A DNA stretch of 64,000 nt from positions 1-64,000 of IMG/VR virus record IMGVR_UViG_3300047557_002984; one strand, 5' to 3'. The notes beneath the pieces are model-generated. The model did not search any database. It was not told the DNA's origin and was given only the letters and a program-made list of their open reading frames with translations. The position numbers and the translations under genes are program-made. Within the stretch, counting starts at the first letter, position 1; every line of letters starts with the position of its first letter. Source of the stretch: a virus. This document shows positions 19,275-27,499 of this stretch, piece by piece.

Positions 19275-19997
19275 TTAGCGCAGTTGTTTTAGCCGAAGCT
19301 CAACCACGTTCTGTAATTGCGTGCTGATGTATTCCTGCACCGCGTTGTATTTCTTGTCGCGCATTTCCCGCAGCAAAAGCGCATCTGCGCCTTTCTGTGC
19401 AGCAATGTCCGCCGTGAAGTCGCTGGCGATGTTTCCCATCGCCGTGATCAGGTTGGCCGTATCCTGTGCGCTACGATACGCCGCCGCACGGCTCGCCTTT
19501 TCGCCCGCTTCGTTCAGTTTTGCTTTGAGTTGCTTGGGTGTAGTGCTTTCCTCTGCCGTTGCAATTGCCAACCGGAAAGCTGAAGCGGTAGAGCGGATAA
19601 TCAGCAACCAGCCACGGACGCGCGTTTCTTCCGGGTGCAGCTTCGCAATTGTGGCGTCAATTTGGCCGAGGTAACGGTCAGCTTCCGCGAGCAATTGCGC
19701 TTTGCTTTGTGGGTTGATTTCAACGGTGGCATCAATCTGGCGGGAGAAGTCCTGGCCGATGTCGGATGTGGATTTCAGCGCCTTTAAAACTTCTTCTTTG
19801 GTCGGGTTGCTCAGCGTGTTAGGCGCGTAGGTATTCACCGCCACCACGACGCGCGACGCAGCCAGAATGCCGATCTGGAAATTGTAGCCAGCCGCCGTCA
19901 GCGGGCGTTCTGCCTTCTTCCAATCACAGGCCACAAGGTTCAATGCGAGCGCGGTAATCAATACCAGCGCAAATCCTTTTCTCAGGGTACAGATCAC
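19275..19997 (-). CDS. Lipoprotein
   Basis: Signal peptide with lipobox LVAC; all-helical body. Confidence 0.75.
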   Translation of the reverse strand: MICTLRKGFALVLITALALNLVACDWKKAERPLTAAGYNFQIGILAASRVVVAVNTYAPNTLSNPTKEEVLKALKSTSDIGQDFSRQIDATVEINPQSKAQLLAEADRYLGQIDATIAKLHPEETRVRGWLLIIRSTASAFRLAIATAEESTTPKQLKAKLNEAGEKASRAAAYRSAQDTANLITAMGNIASDFTADIAAQKGADALLLREMRDKKYNAVQEYISTQLQNVVELRLKQLR

Positions 19998-20008
19998 GGA
20001 TCACCTCC

Positions 20009-20302
20009 TTACAGTTTGCCAGTAACGATTGCCTTCACATGCTCAGCCGTAACGCCGTCCGCTGGATTGCTTTGCAACGCCACGCTGATCAACTTGTCCT
20101 GCAATTGCGCCTGCGCGTGCGCCTTAATCCAAATCCAGACCAGCGAACCGACAAAGAAAACAGCCGCCGCAGCTTCAGCGACTAGGAAATCGGTCTGATC
20201 CTGTGAAACGACACCCTTCTGCACCAAGTACGCGGTAATGCCACCCAGCAGAAAGCGCGTAACGCTCAGGGCGATGCTCTTGTAAATTTCCGTTTTATCC
20301 AT
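20009..20302 (-). CDS. Putative holin
   Basis: 97 aa, two hydrophobic segments (RFLLGGITAYLV..GVV); RBS before MDKTEI. Confidence 0.6.
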   Translation of the reverse strand: MDKTEIYKSIALSVTRFLLGGITAYLVQKGVVSQDQTDFLVAEAAAAVFFVGSLVWIWIKAHAQAQLQDKLISVALQSNPADGVTAEHVKAIVTGKL

Positions 20303-20471
20303 CGTTACTTCTCCCCTTTCTCCCGCTTGCAACGCCCGCCGTCGTGAGCACATCGGGTCAGCGCAAAAGCAGAATCCGTCCATAAACAAAAAGCGCCACC
20401 GAGTAACTTCCGGGACGAATCCGGGAAGCCCTATGGTGGCGCGTCACTGAATTAAATCAGCCGAAACCTAT

Positions 20472-20678
20472 TTAATTGTCTGCTGCGCGTTCGAGCGATT
20501 CAAGCCGCGCAGCTTCCTGCAATAATTCGGATAATTGCTGCTCTGCTGCCCCAAGCGTGCGGCGGATGGAGTCAATCAGACGGCGCTGCTTGGCTGCTGA
20601 CGCACGAATAACATCCGGCGTGATGTCTTGCCGGGAAATCCCTGCCAGCGACTTTACTAGCTTCGCTTGTTGAGCCAT
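20472..20678 (-). CDS. Hypothetical coiled-coil protein
   Basis: Downstream of a TATAAT element near 20705; RBS present. Confidence 0.55.
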   Translation of the reverse strand: MAQQAKLVKSLAGISRQDITPDVIRASAAKQRRLIDSIRRTLGAAEQQLSELLQEAARLESLERAADN

Positions 20679-20777
20679 ACACCTATTCGGGGCACCGTGT
20701 ACATTATAGCCCAGCCTGTTATTTTTTGTGCAAGAAATATTTAGAACAGTGAGTGGACGCTGGAGCAGAGCGAAAAC

Positions 20778-20844
20778 TTTTTTCGTGTTTTAATAATTTT
20801 ACACTTGCACTTTTGCAAGTGTTGCGATACTATCTGCCTGTCGG
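20778..20844 (+). promoter_or_regulatory. Promoter P1 with palindromic operator
   Basis: T-tract; TTGCAC(20805)-17 bp-TACTAT(20828); perfect inverted repeat CACTTGCA-CTTT-TGCAAGTG at 20802-20821. Confidence 0.85.
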
Positions 20845-20882
20845 TTGGCAATCACGCCAACGACGAACCAAGGAGGTTTCTT

Positions 20883-21098
20883 ATGGCAAACACTGCCGCT
20901 CATCAAATCGCTGTTTCCCACTTTGGCGCAAAGCGCATTAAAGCTTTGGCTGCTCTTGGCATCGTAATCGTCGGCATTCAAGCATTGCCGGATGCTACTG
21001 GCTCGTCTCTCAACTCAGAAACGGGGTACTGCCTCGACAACAACGGCGAGCATCAAGTTCGCAGCTATTTGGAAGTGATTGCGCTGGTTAATAGCTAA
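20883..21098 (+). CDS. Small hypothetical protein (anti-defence candidate)
   Basis: AAGGAGG RBS; first gene after P1. Confidence 0.7.
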   Translation: MANTAAHQIAVSHFGAKRIKALAALGIVIVGIQALPDATGSSLNSETGYCLDNNGEHQVRSYLEVIALVNS

Positions 21099-21155
21099 CC
21101 AGCGCAATCTAACCACCGTCCGCGAGCCTGCCCCGCTCGCCTTAATGGAGAGATC

Positions 21156-21359
21156 ATGTCAGTGCAAATCATTAAACCTAAGAGCAACACGCCACAGGCG
21201 GAGCAGGTGTTAATTGAAAACGGTTTTACGGTCTTGTCGCCGTGGGTAGACGACAACCGATTTGAAAAAGACGGGCAAGTTTACAAGCTTTCACATCCTG
21301 TTTGGCAGATTGGCCCGTCGGGAAATTTCGTTGGCGTGCGAATCGAGAAAGAAGATTGA
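21156..21359 (+). CDS. Small hypothetical protein
   Basis: GGAG RBS; second gene of the P1 operon. Confidence 0.7.
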   Translation: MSVQIIKPKSNTPQAEQVLIENGFTVLSPWVDDNRFEKDGQVYKLSHPVWQIGPSGNFVGVRIEKED

Positions 21360-21374
21360 GAACCCGCTCGCCTT

Positions 21375-21445
21375 CTTTTTTTTCTCGTTTTTAATGATTT
21401 CCCACTTGCACTTTTACAAGTAGAGTGGTACTATCTGCCTGTCGG
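21375..21445 (+). promoter_or_regulatory. Promoter P2 (copy of P1) with operator
   Basis: TTGCAC(21406)-17 bp-TACTAT(21429); ACTTGCACTTTTACAAGT; followed by the shared CTGCCTGTCGGT. Confidence 0.85.
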
Positions 21446-21481
21446 TGAGGGAAACGACAACTTTTAACAAGGAGCACGACA

Positions 21482-21676
21482 ATGACTTTCAACCAAATCG
21501 CCACGATGAACGAAATCCAAATCAGCACCGCGCTGCGCCAAATGACCAGAACTGAACTCATCGCCTTCTGCAAGGCGAACAAAATCGGCGACATCAAAAG
21601 ACTGGGCGGGCACCTGAACGCCGCCTTCCTGTGGTGCAAAGAAGTGGCAGCCTACGCCAGCATCACGCTGCGGTAA
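21482..21676 (+). CDS. Small hypothetical protein
   Basis: AAGGAG RBS after P2. Confidence 0.7.
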   Translation: MTFNQIATMNEIQISTALRQMTRTELIAFCKANKIGDIKRLGGHLNAAFLWCKEVAAYASITLR

Positions 21677-21729
21677 GGCTGAGGCAGTGCCCCGCTAACG
21701 ACAAGGAACAGACAACGAGGAGTAAAACG

Positions 21730-21915
21730 ATGCGTTACGACTTCATTCTTACGCGCGACAACACAAAAGACGGTGATCAATGGTTTGGCGAGGTCTACGC
21801 CCAACCACAGCAAGATGATGATGACGCTGTTCACACTACCGGATTTTGCGCCACATGGATGGACGCGCAAGCTGACTGCAACCAGTGGATTAAAAATCAA
21901 GAGGCAACGCAATGA
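21730..21915 (+). CDS. Small highly acidic protein
   Basis: GAGGAG RBS; MRYDFILTRD...QQDDDDAV. Confidence 0.7.
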   Translation: MRYDFILTRDNTKDGDQWFGEVYAQPQQDDDDAVHTTGFCATWMDAQADCNQWIKNQEATQ

Positions 21916-22172
21916 ACATCAGCGCAGCACTAGAACGCCTGCAAGCGCAAGGCGTCGAACTCACGCACCAAGGCTTACGCTACCGCATCATTCTGCTGAT
22001 TGAAGCTGGCAAGTTAAAAGAAGAAGAGGTCAAGCTTGGGATGACGCGCAAGGGCCAAGTCCGCTGGGATTTGAGCGAGAAGCACCTTGAAGTGATCGCC
22101 GCTTATGAAGCGCCGCCTGCCGGGCGCGGTGGCGGGCAATCGAAAGCAAAGCGCAAGGCGCGCAAGGAGTAG
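21912..22172 (+). CDS. Putative HTH DNA-binding protein (Aca-like candidate)
   Basis: MerR/excisionase-like pattern (MNISAA..RL...LT.QGLRYRI, W.LSE) with a basic tail; near the operon end. Confidence 0.6.
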   Translation: MNISAALERLQAQGVELTHQGLRYRIILLIEAGKLKEEEVKLGMTRKGQVRWDLSEKHLEVIAAYEAPPAGRGGGQSKAKRKARKE

Positions 22173-22174
22173 CG

Positions 22175-22387
22175 ATGGCCTTCAAAGCGCCACCAATGCC
22201 CGCCGCAATCTATCGTCCGGCACCCACCACGCCGGATGAGCAATTCCACGCTTACCGCACAGCACTGGCAATGCTCTGGGCGCACGCCGCAACCGCGACC
22301 GGCAGCACGCGCGATGAACTGGAAGATGCCGCCATCATTGCCCAGCGGGCGCTGGATGCGCTGGCGGATGAGCTACTGGCGCGCTAG
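22175..22387 (+). CDS. Hypothetical protein
   Basis: AAGGAG RBS. Confidence 0.55.
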   Translation: MAFKAPPMPAAIYRPAPTTPDEQFHAYRTALAMLWAHAATATGSTRDELEDAAIIAQRALDALADELLAR

Positions 22388-22695
22388 GCTGCCTTCCTTA
22401 CCGGCCCCCGGCTTTTGCGCCCGTTCCGTTGCGACGCCCGCACCTTTCGCCGCGTCTTCGCCTGCCCGCCTGCCTTCCCCGCCGCCGCCAACCGCGCGCG
22501 GTGCTCAACGTAAAATGCACCCACATCGGCCAACGCCAGCAGGTAGCGCCGCTGCGTCGCGCTCAACGCAAGATCGTCAAACATTAACGGCGCGCCCGGT
22601 TCCGCTAAGTAGTTGTGCAAATTCCAGGCCGCGAGGGCGGCATCTGCAAGCTGCTCCGGTGTAGGGCGATTACTCCCAGGATTTTGAATATTCAT
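22384..22695 (-). CDS. Basic-tailed putative DNA-binding protein
   Basis: C-terminal GKAGGQAKT.RK..ASQRNGRK.RGP. Confidence 0.55.
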   Translation of the reverse strand: MNIQNPGSNRPTPEQLADAALAAWNLHNYLAEPGAPLMFDDLALSATQRRYLLALADVGAFYVEHRARLAAAGKAGGQAKTRRKVRASQRNGRKSRGPVRKAA

Positions 22696-22888
22696 GGTCT
22701 TTGTAAATCGTCGGCAATCCGAACACCACAACGCGCGAAACCTTGTGCGCGCGCAGCTTGGCTAACTCGATGGCGACCCTGGTCTTGCCCGTCCCCATCT
22801 CCATGAGCAAACCACCAATGCGCGACGGCAGCACTTTGGCAACCGCTGCGCGTTGGTGGCTCATCAGGTCTGTGCGGGTGGTGAACAT
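22670..22888 (-). pseudogene. Truncated SNF2-type helicase N-terminus
   Basis: LM.HQ.AAV Q-motif and LLMEMGTGKTR Walker A, then a stop at 72 aa with no further helicase motifs. Confidence 0.75.
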
Positions 22889-22891
22889 TAG

Positions 22892-23290
22892 CTATTGCGC
22901 GACATTAACAACAATCGGAGTTTGCGCGTTGAGTTGCGCGATCTCTGAATCGGAAATTGGTCGGCAATCCGTACGAGACCATGTAGCCATGACGTGGCCC
23001 AACAGAATGGAACCAGGGTATTCAAGCGTGTGCCATTTGGTGGGGTGCATGATGTCGCCCCGGTTCGGGACGGACTTGAAAATCGGAGAGTATGCGTGCT
23101 GCCCTTCCGCGTCTGCTTCGTTATACGAGCGATCAATGATCACCCCGCATAAAGAATCTGTGAGCTTTGCGTTGAGAACACCCGAAGGCGCATCTGCGAG
23201 CGAACAGAGAGAAGCGTATGCACTTTGAGGATTGCTGTTGAATCGGGAGGTTCTGACGAACCCCACGAGTTGAAGTTGGATCGTAGACAT
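22892..23290 (-). CDS. Hypothetical protein
   Basis: AAGGAG RBS; second gene of the 23.87-kb promoter operon. Confidence 0.65.
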   Translation of the reverse strand: MSTIQLQLVGFVRTSRFNSNPQSAYASLCSLADAPSGVLNAKLTDSLCGVIIDRSYNEADAEGQHAYSPIFKSVPNRGDIMHPTKWHTLEYPGSILLGHVMATWSRTDCRPISDSEIAQLNAQTPIVVNVAQ

Positions 23291-23292
23291 TG

Positions 23293-23814
23293 TTAAAAGT
23301 CTCCTTTCGTGTAAGGCGTACCATCATGGTCTGCTGGGCTGAACGATTCGCCTGCCACGCCAATCCCGCCCGCCGCGATGCGGAGCAACTTGGCGCAAGT
23401 CGCGCACAGCGGATCGTATACCGTAACACCCGCAACTTTCCCTTTGCGGAAGGTCGGTTGGCCTTCGATCCGATCACCGCACCGCTCGCAATGGAAAATC
23501 TCAGCAGGAGGGGCGGGAATTTCACCCGACGCTTGCCACGCGGAAACCGCCGATTCAATGGCGGCAACCGCCGCCATACGGATCAGGATGCCGTCGCAGA
23601 TGGCGTACTCCGCTGGGTTTGCATTCAGCTTCTTCAACTGCGCAACCATTCCCGACGGAAGATTGCGCGAAATCTCAGTCTTGCCCGCCGCATCCAGCGG
23701 GAAGAAGTTGATTCCCTGGCTTTTCGTGCCATTGCTAATGGTCACGCGATACGTGCGCCCGTCTGCGCTGCCCGTGACCGTGTAGTTGCCGTCTTGGTAG
23801 ATTGTCGTTTCCAT
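23293..23814 (-). CDS. Hypothetical protein with a C-terminal Zn finger
   Basis: CERC...CATC motif; AAGGAG RBS. Confidence 0.7.
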   Translation of the reverse strand: METTIYQDGNYTVTGSADGRTYRVTISNGTKSQGINFFPLDAAGKTEISRNLPSGMVAQLKKLNANPAEYAICDGILIRMAAVAAIESAVSAWQASGEIPAPPAEIFHCERCGDRIEGQPTFRKGKVAGVTVYDPLCATCAKLLRIAAGGIGVAGESFSPADHDGTPYTKGDF

Positions 23815-23846
23815 TGCGTTTCTCCTTGATTTCTTAGGGCAAGGGA

Positions 23847-23875
23847 ATACTACCCCAAGCTAGCTTAGGATGCAA
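23847..23875 (-). promoter_or_regulatory. Promoter with palindromic spacer
   Basis: TTGCAT-17 bp (CCTAAGCTAGCTTGGGG)-TAGTAT; a related site lies at 24542-24558. Confidence 0.75.
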
Positions 23876-23884
23876 GCAAGAAAA

Positions 23885-24529
23885 TCAATCTTCGTCTAAA
23901 AATTCCGGCGCGATTCCCTCCGACACAGCTTCCACCTCCGGCGCAGCCTTCACGCGCGGGCGCAACTCCACGCGCACCGCTTGCAAGCGCCGCTGGCGCG
24001 CATCTTCCGCAACCTGCTGGGCGGCATCAGACACCCGAAATCCGTACTGTTGCGCGAAATCTAGCACCGCCTCATAGCTCTCTGGCGGCACGGCCACGCA
24101 CGGCTTGTCATATCTCGCGCCGGGCAGCTTGATCGCGTGCCGGTACATGTCATCGCCGCGCCGATACTCAATGTAAAACCAGCCCGCCCGCGCTCCCTTG
24201 ATCAGCTTCGTCACCCAGCGCGTTTGTTCATCCTGGTACTGCCCCGCCGCGATGCGCTCCACATCGTAATCATCCGGCACGGCCACCACGAACCCCTTGC
24301 TCAGCAGCTTGTATGCCGCCTCTATCAACCGATCCGGGAGCGGCCCGTTGCGCAAGGTGATCTGGCGCTCGCGTCGCATTTCCTGCTCGTTCCAGCGCAG
24401 GTTTAAGTTGTAGGCAATGTCGCGCAACACATCGTCGCGTTGCGCGAATTTCAGGCACAGCAAGTCGCCGACCGCGTAAAGCTCGGCAATCGTCTCCGTG
24501 CGCGGATTGTCTGGCCGCAAGGTAATCAT
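23885..24529 (-). CDS. Hypothetical protein, HARP-like/helicase-associated
   Basis: AIKLPGARYD...V.P......VLDFA..YGF pattern. Confidence 0.6.
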   Translation of the reverse strand: MITLRPDNPRTETIAELYAVGDLLCLKFAQRDDVLRDIAYNLNLRWNEQEMRRERQITLRNGPLPDRLIEAAYKLLSKGFVVAVPDDYDVERIAAGQYQDEQTRWVTKLIKGARAGWFYIEYRRGDDMYRHAIKLPGARYDKPCVAVPPESYEAVLDFAQQYGFRVSDAAQQVAEDARQRRLQAVRVELRPRVKAAPEVEAVSEGIAPEFLDED

Positions 24530-24743
24530 GGGGCGATTTTACCCTAACCTGGCTTGGGCTGGTAGCAAAAAAAATAATCCCGCGCACTTTTTCTCGCACG
24601 CGGGATTGCGCATTTCGTGAGCCAGCCTTTCGGCACCCACCGCCAGCGCAGGCGAACGCGGCTATGATAGCAGATCGCGCCGCGCGGGCAACTCAGTAAA
24701 GCGAACTATCCGCGATGCCAAATTCCCGGCGAATATCCGCCAA

Positions 24744-25487
24744 CTAGGCCATCTCTGATCGAAGCCTATTAAGCACGGCTGACACATCGGCTAAAACTTC
24801 CTCGTTCGTGAACCGAATAACCCGATAACCAACACGCCTTAAATGCTCATCACGCTGGTTGTCGTAACCTTCTCTGCCATTATGAAAAGACCCGTCTATT
24901 TCCACGATGATTTTATGATCAGCGATTAAAAAATCGGCAATGTATCCATATACGGGAATCTGGGGAGCAATCCCTTGTAGCTTTTGCGATTTACAGGCTA
25001 ACCAAAAACATTCCTCGGCTGGGGTTAAATTCCGACGCATTCGATTAGCAAACTTCGCCTTTTCAGGCTTGCATTTGCTTTGCATGTCCCGCAATTCCGC
25101 AACCTGATCCCTTGATAGCTTAGCTTGACCATATCCAATTTGAGGAACAGCATCGCCCCTGGTCGTGTAACCGCCCTTATTATTTTCAGTTTCCAAGATG
25201 AATGTATATTCCCAGCTAATCCGATCTCTTTCATTGTCGGCTGATGGCATAAACCGCACTCGCTTTAAATGCTGCTTGCCTTCCAGTTCTTTTAAGACTT
25301 TTTGCAGCTTTTCTTTTCCCCAGCCAGTCTTAACCCTGAGCCAGCTCATGTAAAACTGCCAGTTCTTTGGCAAGACAGACACCATCGCCAAAAGAAAGCG
25401 AGCATCTGATGATAGACAGGTATCTAGCATCACATCAGACGATACGATGCCAAAACCGTTAGATTTTCTCTCAACCTTACAAATCAT
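24744..25487 (-). CDS. Rep-like winged helix fused to a DUF559 (Vsr-like) endonuclease
   Basis: N-terminal LS..AR.LL....LP.NW and LKELE..; C-terminal MRRNLTPAE, YIADF, IVEIDGS.H, RD..L...GY.VIRFTNEEV; AT-rich. Confidence 0.8.
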   Translation of the reverse strand: MICKVERKSNGFGIVSSDVMLDTCLSSDARFLLAMVSVLPKNWQFYMSWLRVKTGWGKEKLQKVLKELEGKQHLKRVRFMPSADNERDRISWEYTFILETENNKGGYTTRGDAVPQIGYGQAKLSRDQVAELRDMQSKCKPEKAKFANRMRRNLTPAEECFWLACKSQKLQGIAPQIPVYGYIADFLIADHKIIVEIDGSFHNGREGYDNQRDEHLRRVGYRVIRFTNEEVLADVSAVLNRLRSEMA

Positions 25488-25750
25488 TTGTCCTTCTCCT
25501 GCGTAAAACATTGAAGAAGGCTAAAGAGGCAAGAATGGCAGTGGATTTTTGACAAAGCGAGAAAAGGCCGTGTTAGTATCCATCCGCTAACAATCTCTCT
25601 TTAACCGTGAATTGTTAGCAACGGCCCTTGAAGGTAGCAGTTCAAGGGCCATCGCTTTTCCCGCACATTATACCAAAAACTACCGAAAATAGAGCAAGAA
25701 AAAGGCCACCCGTAACGAGCGCACCACTCCCGCTCCAACGATTCACCGCT

Positions 25751-25822
25751 CTTTTTTTTTTCGTGTTTAATAATTTTCCACTTGCATTTTTACAAGTAAA
25801 AGGCTATTATCTGCCTGTCGGT
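25751..25822 (+). promoter_or_regulatory. Promoter P3 (copy of P1/P2) with operator
   Basis: TTGCAT(25782)-17 bp-TATTAT(25805); ACTTGCATTTTTACAAGT; CTGCCTGTCGGT. Confidence 0.85.
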
Positions 25823-25862
25823 GAGGACAACGAAACAACAACCGCTAACAAGGAGCACGACA

Positions 25863-26087
25863 ATGACAGACCTGATGACACGCAAAGCAAACCTCGAAAA
25901 TCAACTTTCCCAGATCGCAGGCGTTTCCGTCGAAGTGACCGTGCGCGGGCTGCGCGCCTTCACCTTCAGCTTTGAAACCGTGAACGCGGAAGCGGTCGCC
26001 GCTATTGAAAAGTACTTCGGCGACCTCGCCAAGCTGGAAGTCGAAGTGGACGAAGAATGCGGCACATTCATTTACGCCACGGTCTAA
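25863..26087 (+). CDS. Small acidic protein (anti-defence candidate)
   Basis: RBS region TAACAAGGAGCACGACAATGAC identical to that of the P2 gene; monocistronic. Confidence 0.75.
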   Translation: MTDLMTRKANLENQLSQIAGVSVEVTVRGLRAFTFSFETVNAEAVAAIEKYFGDLAKLEVEVDEECGTFIYATV

Positions 26088-26106
26088 AACGCCGGGCGTG
26101 CAAAAG

Positions 26107-26134
26107 AAAAGGCCACCCGCGAAGGTGGCCTTTT
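26107..26134. terminator. Bidirectional intrinsic terminator
   Basis: AAAA-GGCCACC-CGCGAA-GGTGGCC-TTTT between convergent genes. Confidence 0.85.
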
Positions 26135-26137
26135 CTG

Positions 26138-26389
26138 TTAAGCGGCGTCTGAATGAGTGCTCAGCAGTTCCGGCTGACTGAGCAATTTATTGATCGCTCT
26201 TGAACACTCCCGGTCAGCATCCGTAACTAATCCCTGGCCAGTCTTCAAGAATCCCACCAGCCAAGCCTGACGCTGCTCAATTTCACCGGGCCGGGGTTTA
26301 TATTCTCCGTTTGCAGCTTGTGCGATCATGCTCAAATGAGCCAGCGCAATCGGCAGATAGTCAGCCTGCGTAAGATTTGCGGTTTCCAA
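26138..26389 (-). CDS. Hypothetical protein
   Basis: AAGGAG RBS, TTG start. Confidence 0.55.
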   Translation of the reverse strand: METANLTQADYLPIALAHLSMIAQAANGEYKPRPGEIEQRQAWLVGFLKTGQGLVTDADRECSRAINKLLSQPELLSTHSDAA

Positions 26390-26779
26390 TTTGTTTCTCC
26401 TTGGCTAGCAAGCCGGATTGCTCCAAACTTTTCCAATTAAAATATCCCGCCAACGGAAAAGCTGAGTTATCCGCAGACGTGCGATCTGGCTTTCGACTGA
26501 GTACCCACAAATACGAAATCCCATACTCAGTTTCGGCGATGTTATACCCCGGATAGCGGCGAATGAGCCACCCCTTTCTAACACGACTACGCTTCCACTT
26601 TGACCGATTGAACGGCTCGACAGTCAGTTTTTCCTTATATCGTGTTAAATCAGTCACTTGCGCGACAGGCTGAGCACTCAGTTTGGGCCAAGCTGAGCAC
26701 TCAGTTTGGGCTACATCAGCCGCCGCTTGTTGTAGGTCAGCGGCGTCTGAATGAGTGCTCAGCGATTCCGGCTGACTGA
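26141..26779. repeat. 41-bp direct repeat pair plus an internal 20-bp tandem pair sharing TGAG-NN-CTCA
   Basis: 26141-26181 vs 26739-26779 (2 mismatches); GCTGAGCACTCAGTTTGGGC at 26669 and 26692. Confidence 0.9.
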
Positions 26780-26783
26780 CCAC
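26361..26783 (-). CDS. Hypothetical protein (C-terminal part of the 344-aa track ORF)
   Basis: GTG start at 26783 after an AGGTGG RBS; protein-like composition begins only here. Confidence 0.55.
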   Translation of the reverse strand: MVSQPESLSTHSDAADLQQAAADVAQTECSAWPKLSAQPVAQVTDLTRYKEKLTVEPFNRSKWKRSRVRKGWLIRRYPGYNIAETEYGISYLWVLSRKPDRTSADNSAFPLAGYFNWKSLEQSGLLAKEKQIGNRKSYAG

Positions 26784-26794
26784 TTGCCCCCCAC

Positions 26795-27436
26795 CTAAAC
26801 CCGCCGCGCCAGCCACGCCCGCACGGTCAGCTTGGGGCAACTGTCCGGCATCGTCACCCAGCCGCTCAGCACCCAAAGTTCCACCAGAACCACCGCCAGC
26901 AGGAAGGCCCGGCACGCCCACACCGTCAAACGATGCCCCCAAAACCTTGTGGAAATTTTCGCCCATCGCTGACGCAGGGGAAGTGTCGCCCGGTGCGGTT
27001 TGCGGCGAACCTGGGGCGATTTCCGCCGCAGCGTTGGCGCTCCCTTCCCCACCTAGTAGCCCCCCATTTTTAGCAAGCTGTGGGCGATTTCCCACAGCCG
27101 CCAGAGAATCGTCACCATTCGCATTGCTTTCTTCCTGGGGCACAGGTTGAAAATGATTTTCAAAATTAGCGCGGCCCTGCCCTATCGCCCCCACAACGCC
27201 AGCGCCAGAAGGCAGAGCAGCAGGATCGCCACAAAGGCCGTCTGAATCCGCCGCGCTGGTTTCGATGGCGGGAAGTCGGGAAGCATTTAGAGCCTCGCCA
27301 GCATCGCCACGATGGCGGCTGCTACCATTCCCCAGCCCATCAGCCACACCGCCAGCAGGATCAACGCCAGCGGGCGCTTCTTCAGCCGTTGCCACGACGC
27401 CCGCACTTCTGCCCGGTTCTGTTCTCGTCTCGTCAT
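26795..27436 (-). CDS. Chain of four small hydrophobic ORFs (27287-27436, 27182-27286, 27053-27124, 26795-27052)
   Basis: Read manually; all in one frame; the first has an AAGGAG RBS; three carry a clear TM segment. Confidence 0.55.
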
Positions 27437-27499
27437 TCGCTTTCTCCTTGTTTCGCGCCGCCAGCGGGGCGGGGTGAACGCCCGCTGTGACTGACGGCG

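Noticed and set aside
26784-27395. N-terminal 204 codons of the 344-aa track ORF
   Set aside because: The Gly/Ala low-complexity sequence is what hydrophobic codons in the neighbouring frame produce, and there is no RBS.
26795-27436. Genome-wide TAG recoding
   Set aside because: Conserved genes are uninterrupted in code 11, and several end normally in TAG.
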